A stretch of 64,000 nucleotides of DNA from an uncultured Gammaproteobacteria bacterium (GTDB taxonomy: Bacteria; Patescibacteriota; Patescibacteriia; Magasanikbacterales; UBA922). Positions 57,209 through 64,000 of this stretch are shown piece by piece. The stretch lies in the NCBI GenBank assembly GCA_964592785.1, contig CAZQHU010000004.1, positions 72 to 64,071 of the forward strand, given 5' to 3'. The notes beneath the pieces were generated by a model. The model searched no databases. It had not been told where the DNA came from and saw nothing but the letters and a program-made list of their open reading frames with translations. The first letter of the stretch is position 1; each line of letters begins with the position of its first letter. Position numbers and translations under genes: made by a program.

Positions 57209-58176
57209 AAAACTTTTTTTAAAAATTGATAAATTTTATATTGAACCGGCCTAAATATTATATCATAAGCTGGCGGATATTCGTGATAAATACCACCAAA
57301 ACCAGCTTTGAAACGAGTGACACCAGTCCAACGATCATTGACCGCCCAACAAAAATTATGAAAACAAGTATTTTGCCCATTGCCAAATTCTTGACGAGGC
57401 GACACGCCCCAAAAATCATAATAATCACAATTTAATTTTTTAGCCAGTTTGATACCTTCCCATTGTAAAAGATAAGGCGCCATTAAATTTCTAAATTCAT
57501 TACTTGAAGCCCCATGCAAATAAACCGCCGTCTTACCTTGAATCAGCAAAATATTAGAAGCCAAAGCTCGTCCCTGATAATAAGCTGTGAGCTGGTGACA
57601 GATCGACAAGGCCAACATCTTTCGATAATATTTTTTTTCATGACTTTTAAATTTGTCACGCAAAATAGTTTTTTCATTCAATTCCCAAAAAATATCAGAA
57701 TTTTTTTCTGATTTTATTTCTAAACCATTTTTTTCGGCTAAATGAATATTATAGCGAGTTTTTGCGTGCATTCCTGCCAATAAATTTTCCTCTGATTTAT
57801 CCAAAGCCAAAATTAATGTTTGCCGTGGTTGTCTGTTTTTGGTTGTCGTTGATTGATAAAAATTAAATTCCGGTAAAAAATTTACTGGCTCCAAACGTAA
57901 AAATAAATAACCTTGCTGCAAAAAATATTCCAACAATTCTTGAGGTAATTTGCCATCCGGCATTTGCACTCTAGGTAAATATAAATATTTACCAAGGCCT
58001 GGCAAACGATGTTCAAAACCTTGAATAAAATTTTGTCCAAACTCCACTCGGACTGCCTTTCGGCCAAAATCAGATTGAAATTCTCCCCAGTCCCAAGATT
58101 GCAAAAATTCACTTAAATTATGCTCTTTTTGGCATTTTTCCCATTTATCTCTATTTTGGCAAATTTTGATTTCCAT
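57205..58176 (-). CDS. FemABX-family peptidoglycan aminoacyltransferase
   Basis: FLQSWDWG, KTRYNI, YLHGAS, YDFWG, FKAGFGG. Confidence 0.92.
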   Translation of the reverse strand: MEIKICQNRDKWEKCQKEHNLSEFLQSWDWGEFQSDFGRKAVRVEFGQNFIQGFEHRLPGLGKYLYLPRVQMPDGKLPQELLEYFLQQGYLFLRLEPVNFLPEFNFYQSTTTKNRQPRQTLILALDKSEENLLAGMHAKTRYNIHLAEKNGLEIKSEKNSDIFWELNEKTILRDKFKSHEKKYYRKMLALSICHQLTAYYQGRALASNILLIQGKTAVYLHGASSNEFRNLMAPYLLQWEGIKLAKKLNCDYYDFWGVSPRQEFGNGQNTCFHNFCWAVNDRWTGVTRFKAGFGGIYHEYPPAYDIIFRPVQYKIYQFLKKVL

Positions 58177-58334
58177 GGTCTTATTTTAGCGGAAAAATCT
58201 CAATTTGGCAATTATCCGCCATTGGCTCTTGATTTTATTTAATATTTGATGTATAATATGCCCAGTTTTATTACAGTCTCCAACCATTTGGAAAAGTTTT
58301 AAAATTTAAAATTAAAAATTTAAAATTGACTAAT

Positions 58335-58559
58335 ATGGGTCTCCCATCCAAACAAAGAACCAGTCGTTCCAAACGCGAAAGAGCTTCACATTTTGCTCTC
58401 AAAACCAAAACCAGTGGTAAATGTGAAAAATGCGGTTCAACCACCACCCCACATCGTGCTTGCGCCAGCTGTGGTCACTATCGTGGTCGCCAAGTAATAA
58501 AAGTGGAAAAACGCGCCGCTCGCGCCACTCGTCGAAAAAAATTGATTGGCAAAAAATAA
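58335..58559 (+). CDS. rpmF: 50S ribosomal protein L32
   Basis: PSKQRTSRS...CEKCG...[14 protein letters not shown]. Confidence 0.96.
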   Translation: MGLPSKQRTSRSKRERASHFALKTKTSGKCEKCGSTTTPHRACASCGHYRGRQVIKVEKRAARATRRKKLIGKK

Positions 58560-58573
58560 TTAGTTTATATATT

Positions 58574-59002
58574 ATGCCCAATCGCCATCTTGCTCGCTGT
58601 ATCGCCATGCAAACACTCTATGAGTGGGACTTTCGTGGTCAACCAACAGCAGTTTTACCAGCAATGATGGAAAATAATTTACAAGAATTTGGCAGCGGTC
58701 TAGATGATGAAAAAAAATACGTAATTGACACAGTAGATGGAGTAGTAAAAAACCAAAAAGCCATTGATGAAATAATCGGTCAATTTGCTTCACACTGGCC
58801 CTTGGAGCAGATCACTATAGTGGACAGAAATATTTTGCGCATTGGAGTTTATGAGCTTAAATTCAGTCAAGAAATACCTGACAAAGTAGCTATCAACGAA
58901 GCTATTGAAGTTGCCAAGACTTACGGTGGCCCAACTTCTGGTAAATTTATCAATGGAGTTCTCGGCGCCATCTATAACAGCATGAATAAAAAAGAGAAAT
59001 AA
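58574..59002 (+). CDS. nusB: Transcription antitermination factor NusB
   Basis: RHLAR...[29 protein letters not shown]. Confidence 0.96.
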   Translation: MPNRHLARCIAMQTLYEWDFRGQPTAVLPAMMENNLQEFGSGLDDEKKYVIDTVDGVVKNQKAIDEIIGQFASHWPLEQITIVDRNILRIGVYELKFSQEIPDKVAINEAIEVAKTYGGPTSGKFINGVLGAIYNSMNKKEK

Positions 59003-59011
59003 TAAAATAAT

Positions 59012-59779
59012 ATGGAAACAGTCCCAGCTTACCAAGAAAAAAAATTTAAAAATTTAGAAAAAATTATCGGAATCAAATTTAACAATCCCAATTACTTGGT
59101 GCAAGCTTTGGTACATAGATCATATTTAAATGAAAACCGAGAATTTCCTTTGGGACACAATGAACGTTTGGAATTCTTGGGAGATGCTGTATTGGAATTG
59201 GTCGTAACAGAATTTCTTTTTCAAAATTACTTAAACCCCGAAGGAGAACTTACTTCTTGGAGAGCAGCTCTGGTAAACGCTATCATGTGTGCCCGAGTAG
59301 CCAAAGAATTAGGTTTTGAAGAATATTTATTCTTAAGTCACGGAGAAAGTAAAGATGCCGGCACCAAAGCTCGAGAATACATTTTGGCTAATGTTTTGGA
59401 AGCGGTTATCGGCGCCATCTATATTGATCAGGGTTGGGAAATAGCTAAACAATTTATTTTACGCTTTGTAGTAACCAAATTACCAGAAGTTTTAGAAAAT
59501 GGACTTTGGATGGATGCCAAATCACGTTTTCAGGAATCAGCTCAAGAGATTATTGGTATAACCCCCAATTACAAGGTATTGGAAGAAGCCGGTCCAGACC
59601 ACGCCAAAGAATTTGTAGTGGGAGTTTATTTAGACAAAGAAAAAATTGCCGAAGGCCGAGGCACCAGTAAACAAGAGGCTCAAACTGATGCTGCAGAAAA
59701 TGCCCTAAAAATTAAAAAATGGAAAGGTCCTCATGTAGAAATAGAAGAAAGAAAATTGGGTGATGAATATTTAGGTTGA
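59012..59779 (+). CDS. rnc: Ribonuclease III
   Basis: NERLEFLGDAVL, EAVIGAIY, dsRBD with GPDH. Confidence 0.98.
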   Translation: METVPAYQEKKFKNLEKIIGIKFNNPNYLVQALVHRSYLNENREFPLGHNERLEFLGDAVLELVVTEFLFQNYLNPEGELTSWRAALVNAIMCARVAKELGFEEYLFLSHGESKDAGTKAREYILANVLEAVIGAIYIDQGWEIAKQFILRFVVTKLPEVLENGLWMDAKSRFQESAQEIIGITPNYKVLEEAGPDHAKEFVVGVYLDKEKIAEGRGTSKQEAQTDAAENALKIKKWKGPHVEIEERKLGDEYLG

Positions 59780-59798
59780 AAAATACTTCAAGACACCA

Positions 59799-59875
59799 GC
59801 GCTGCTAGCTCAATTGGTTAGAGCAGGGGCCTCTTAAGCCCAAGGTTCTGGGTTCGATTCCCAGGCGGCGCACCA
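59799..59875 (+). tRNA. tRNA-Lys(CTT)
   Basis: GCGCTGC...CT-CTT-AA...GCGGCGC-A-CCA. Confidence 0.95.
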
Positions 59876-59952
59876 GGCTCCGTTTCACTGCGCCTGGCAA
59901 GCCAGTGACAAACACTACAATTAGCTTGCTCAGTAAAACAAAATAGGATCAA

Positions 59953-60027
59953 GCCTCTGTGGTGTAATGGATAACACAACGGTCTTCGGAACCGTTGATC
60001 CGGGTTCGATTCCTGGCGGAGGCACCA
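59953..60027 (+). tRNA. tRNA-Arg(TCG)
   Basis: GCCTCTG...ACGGT-CT-TCG-GA-ACCGT...CGGAGGC-A-CCA. Confidence 0.95.
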
Positions 60028-60166
60028 TGTAGTGAGCGGTTCTGGGCGACCTAGAGGGTTACCTCTCTAGTACAAGTCGCCAACTGACCGAGACACTTAA
60101 AAAGACACCAGTTTTAGGTGTTTTTTTGATTGACTTAGTGGCTCAGTAAAGGTAAACTTAAGGCAT

Positions 60167-62086
60167 ATGTTAGATAATAAACAAGGAGAAATAATTAAAA
60201 AATTATTTGAAGATGCTCAAAAAAATGGGATGCTAAATTATATTTTTTGTTTATTAAGAGTTGGGAGTATTGAAAATGAAATAGAAGATATATTTGTTAC
60301 TATCAACCAATTAAGCAAGAAATTTAATAAGGCCGAATATGGTAAGTTATACAACTTAATAACACTAGAGAAATCTCTCGAACTTTTTGTAAATCTAATA
60401 CGTGGTAAAAAAGACCAAAGGTATGATCCCCATCCTTTCAGATCACTTTATAAGTTGGATGGCCAACAATATAAAAGACCGGACAGATTTGATATGTTGA
60501 ATTTTCTAATAAATATATATAAGGAAGAAAATTTGACTTTATTTTGTGATTTCTTTAATTCTCTTAAACGGGAAACATCTTCTGACAGTGATAATAAACT
60601 CAATATATGTAATTTTATATTAGATTTTAGTGATACATATTTTGAGGAATTAAAAAAGTTTAATCAATATCCAAAGATATATAATATATCAAGTGGTTTT
60701 ACCACCCTTGAATTGCTGACGGGGGGAGATTTTGGTTTAGTCGGTTTTAATTTGCACCATTCAAATGGATCAGTTTCTACTTTTACCAGGGAAAACGGTA
60801 AAGCTCTTTGTCTCAATTTAGACATATCAGAAGAAGTTATACCTTTCGTAGGTGACCTTGGTAAATTACAACCGATGTGGATGTATAATGGTAGACCATT
60901 ATATGAATTTGGTGTTTCTGGTCGTTATAATAAAATTGGTGAGTGGAAACCGCTGGTCTACCCAGGAGAAAGTCAATTAATTTATGACAAAGTTCAAGAA
61001 ATGAGGAATGCTGGAGTTGATGATAAAATTGTGTCCTGCTTCTTCTATATGATGATTACTTGTCATCATTGTATAGAATTTATTGTTACAGGCAATTTTT
61101 CATTGCCAGACGATTACAGCCAGATGAATTTTTCTAGCACAAACAAAGAAAAGGAATTTATAATGCATATAAATAAAATTGAACTACCGGAGGTTGACAA
61201 TTATTCAGCCAACTTAAAAGTATACGATTGCACCATGCAACTACCAGGTATTGATACAGAAGACATAAAAGATGCTTTAATCGCCATAGACACATTTTTA
61301 GCCAGACTTTCTTTTCATTTTTCTGCAAAATATGATTGGTTACTAAAATATAATATTGTTGACAGTGATCCCGGTATGGCTCATATAAAAGATAACGACC
61401 TTATTGATAAATTTTTGAAAAATTTTAATACTAAAAGTTCTTTAATTGCCGACGTTGCCATTCATTGGTATAACAGCGCAAAACAAACAAAGAATGTTTT
61501 TCAAAAATTTTTAAGCTACTGCATTTCAATAGAGTCAATTCTTGTTCCTTACAGTAATAATGAAATTAATTTAAGTACTGTAACACAGGAAAGGCTTGGA
61601 TCCAATTTAATTAATGATAAGTTAGCATGTATACGAAACAAATTTAGTTTATATGAAACAGATCCTGAAAAATTTATTCGTGAGAGTTACTTTGAATGTA
61701 TAGTCGGCTTAAAAAAAAGAATAACTCAGTCATTAAAAACTATATTTGGAGAATCTGATCAGTGTTATATTTTATTCTGTACAAAATCTGACAAATTGGA
61801 TATTTATGATATAAGGAGTGGTTTGGCCCACGGAAATTTGAAGAATTATGAAGAAAAAGATATTGAGATAGTCTCAAAAAGAGTAGGAGACGTAGAATAT
61901 ATTTCTCGCAAACTTATTTATAGAATATTGATAAATGATCAAGAAACCAATGACGAAAACACATACTCCCATTTGAATTTTTCTCTCAGTAGAATGACCA
62001 ATGACCCCAGAACCACAGGTTTGTGCACATCGTTATCTATGATACCCAATAAGGATTGGAAAATTAAACTGGATTGGCTTCTTTAA
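60167..62086 (+). CDS. Large hypothetical protein with a C-terminal ApeA-like HEPN motif
   Basis: KFLSYCISIESI ... IYDIRSGLAHG (RxxxxH); low GC. Confidence 0.7.
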   Translation: MLDNKQGEIIKKLFEDAQKNGMLNYIFCLLRVGSIENEIEDIFVTINQLSKKFNKAEYGKLYNLITLEKSLELFVNLIRGKKDQRYDPHPFRSLYKLDGQQYKRPDRFDMLNFLINIYKEENLTLFCDFFNSLKRETSSDSDNKLNICNFILDFSDTYFEELKKFNQYPKIYNISSGFTTLELLTGGDFGLVGFNLHHSNGSVSTFTRENGKALCLNLDISEEVIPFVGDLGKLQPMWMYNGRPLYEFGVSGRYNKIGEWKPLVYPGESQLIYDKVQEMRNAGVDDKIVSCFFYMMITCHHCIEFIVTGNFSLPDDYSQMNFSSTNKEKEFIMHINKIELPEVDNYSANLKVYDCTMQLPGIDTEDIKDALIAIDTFLARLSFHFSAKYDWLLKYNIVDSDPGMAHIKDNDLIDKFLKNFNTKSSLIADVAIHWYNSAKQTKNVFQKFLSYCISIESILVPYSNNEINLSTVTQERLGSNLINDKLACIRNKFSLYETDPEKFIRESYFECIVGLKKRITQSLKTIFGESDQCYILFCTKSDKLDIYDIRSGLAHGNLKNYEEKDIEIVSKRVGDVEYISRKLIYRILINDQETNDENTYSHLNFSLSRMTNDPRTTGLCTSLSMIPNKDWKIKLDWLL

Positions 62087-62093
62087 GTATATT

Positions 62094-62741
62094 ATGGCAG
62101 ATATTAAAAATAAAATTATCGTGAATAGAGCATCATTTTTATATAAGGATGGTTTATTTATTAATGACTATAATTTAATATATTTTTTAGTTGATAAAAT
62201 TGTTGTGGGTGATAGGAAACACAAAGAATTTTGTACAGAAAAAATATTATCAAAGTTACAAGAAAAAGCATGGCGAAAAAAATATAGTTCTTATAACTTT
62301 ATTTTTTTAATGCAAGAATATTTTATTAATAGCAAAATTCTAGATATAAATTTTATAATGGCCTGCCAAGTTTTAGAAAATATGTATTTTTATACTTTTG
62401 ATGATGATCCAAATTTCGGCACCAAAGTAAAAAATTTCTATAATTTACTTTTTAAATATAAATTTAGAAAAGATTCTAAAAATATCATCCGAATTTTGAG
62501 AAATAATGTAGCACATTCAGGTTTAATTGAAGGAGTGCCAAATAAATTACCGCGTGAATTAAAAGATATCAAAAAAGTAAAGGAGTTTTTGGACAAGGAA
62601 AAGGGTGGATTAAGAGCATTGGCATTTGAAACCACGTATCTTATAGAAAACATTTTTATTCGTATAATTGGTCTTAAGGACGAAGATTTGGGCAGGAATG
62701 GAAGACCACCAGAGCACAGTATCTTTTTTAAAGTAAATTAG
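62094..62741 (+). CDS. HEPN-motif protein
   Basis: FIMACQVLE ... LRNNVAHSG (RxxxxH). Confidence 0.7.
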   Translation: MADIKNKIIVNRASFLYKDGLFINDYNLIYFLVDKIVVGDRKHKEFCTEKILSKLQEKAWRKKYSSYNFIFLMQEYFINSKILDINFIMACQVLENMYFYTFDDDPNFGTKVKNFYNLLFKYKFRKDSKNIIRILRNNVAHSGLIEGVPNKLPRELKDIKKVKEFLDKEKGGLRALAFETTYLIENIFIRIIGLKDEDLGRNGRPPEHSIFFKVN

Positions 62742-62742
62742 A

Positions 62743-62767
62743 AAGAGAGGCCTAACACCTCTCTTTT
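62743..62767. terminator. Terminator between convergent genes
   Basis: AAGAGAGG-CCTAACA-CCTCTCTT. Confidence 0.65.
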
Positions 62768-62779
62768 AAATTCATATTG

Positions 62780-63730
62780 CTAATCCATCGGCCAGTTCTC
62801 TTTAAATGCTTCACTAACTATCGTTGCTTCCTGATCCTTATTCACCCCGTACTTCTGCATCACCTGCCCTCTATAAATATCTGCTAGTCGGTTATATTCA
62901 TCAGTATTCTTTTGGAAATTATTCACATTATCCATTGGGTACTTTTTCTCGGCTTCGTTTCTTGCTTTATCCTCAGCGGCCACAATTTCTTTAAAAAATT
63001 GTCTACGTTGGCTTTCACTTAGACCAAACTTGTCTTCGCTCTTACTTTTTTGTGCTAAATATTCTTCCAGCTTATCTTTAATTTGTATCGTCGTTTTGTA
63101 CCCAGAGCGATTATTGGAACTGGCGATACTGGCATTCACATTACCAAGCTCGCCACCTGGTGCCCAGATTGCACTAGCAACATCATACATGCCATTTATT
63201 GATTCCTTATCCGAATACAGATTTAAAATTATTTCATCAATATCTTTGTCCTTGTTGGTTAAATCAGAAATAATTTTATCTACCGTCGGTTTTACTTGCT
63301 CAACCTTAATTGTTGTTGGCACCACCACCTTGTAAGACATTCTTTTGTTGGTAGGTAACTTTTTTAGTTCAGCAGTAGTGTAATCAGACAAACTTTTATC
63401 GCCCATAGCCTTACGACTCATGTCTTCGGTTTTTACAATCTCATAACTCACAGCACTTGTAGTAGTGTCTATTTTTTCTTCTGGATTGTTTGGCTTATTG
63501 TCCGTATTTTCAACGCTTACAACTTCTTTGTTTTCATCTGGCAGTTTTTCTACTGGCGGAGCGATTGCTACAATCGCTATAAAATCTATCACCCATAAAG
63601 AAATAAATATAATCGAAATTATTCTTCTTGTTGCTTTGTCTCTCAGCAACATTTTATATAGTGTCGGCTTTATCATACCTACTATCCACAAAATAGGTAT
63701 AATTACTAACAACAGAACCAAGATAGTCAT
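62780..63730 (-). CDS. Membrane-anchored hypothetical protein
   Basis: Two N-terminal TM helices, low-complexity linker, soluble domain. Confidence 0.75.
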   Translation of the reverse strand: MTILVLLLVIIPILWIVGMIKPTLYKMLLRDKATRRIISIIFISLWVIDFIAIVAIAPPVEKLPDENKEVVSVENTDNKPNNPEEKIDTTTSAVSYEIVKTEDMSRKAMGDKSLSDYTTAELKKLPTNKRMSYKVVVPTTIKVEQVKPTVDKIISDLTNKDKDIDEIILNLYSDKESINGMYDVASAIWAPGGELGNVNASIASSNNRSGYKTTIQIKDKLEEYLAQKSKSEDKFGLSESQRRQFFKEIVAAEDKARNEAEKKYPMDNVNNFQKNTDEYNRLADIYRGQVMQKYGVNKDQEATIVSEAFKENWPMD

Positions 63731-63799
63731 ATTGTTTGTTAAGTTAATAATTACTTAGGCCGAAGAGTTTTTGTATATAACAAAAACGGACGCCCGACC

Positions 63800-63930
63800 T
63801 GCGAAACAACATTTGGCGTCCGAAGATGCCTCTTGTGTTTTGGTCGGAACGCCCGTTCCAACTCACAAGAAGGCACAAAAACTAGTAAGCTTTTGGTTTG
63901 CTCTTCGGACTATAATAATGTTGTTTCGCA
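63800..63930 (-). ncRNA. Candidate structured leader or ncRNA
   Basis: Nested inverted repeats of 14 bp, 9 bp, ~11 bp and 5-6 bp, directly after a TTTACA-17-TATATT promoter. Confidence 0.5.
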
Positions 63931-64000
63931 TTAATAATATACTAGATTTTAGCTAAATTGTAAAGAACAACCGAATTTTTAACCCTGTAATATAAGCTCT

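Overview
AT-rich core-genome region of a Patescibacteria (CPR/Parcubacteria-type) bacterium. The lineage is inferred from the missing L30 between rpsE and rplO, a solitary 16S gene, mostly SD-less AT-rich leaders and CPR-type hypothetical genes. It carries the str, S10 and spc ribosomal clusters, tuf, fusA, a stand-alone 16S rRNA gene, der, pth, dprA, folC, topA, a short rel, parAB, scpAB, aspS, asnS, trmD, queA, mltG, nusB, rnc and several tRNAs, and ends in a low-GC island after tRNA-Arg with two HEPN-motif proteins. The most striking feature is two independent tRNA-inside-a-tRNA loci (Asn-GTT within Asn-GTT, Val-CAC within Val-CAC). In each, a 105-107 nt element with related 10-nt imperfect inverted ends carries a complete tRNA of the same anticodon and interrupts the outer tRNA. 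Shorter, cargo-free members of the same hairpin family occur elsewhere, including in-frame in queA. Other highlights: inverted 7/8/9-bp tandem arrays that flank a four-helix-bundle gene and also sit empty and in-frame in folC and trmD; REP-like doublets before each of rpsL, rpsG and fusA and in-frame in an RsmF-family gene; a pair of mutually complementary candidate sRNAs next to rel; GC-rich single-gene cassettes sharing a GGAGGAAAC ribosome-binding site; and Arg(GCG) plus Arg(TCG) tRNAs. All coordinates were read by eye and no searches were run.
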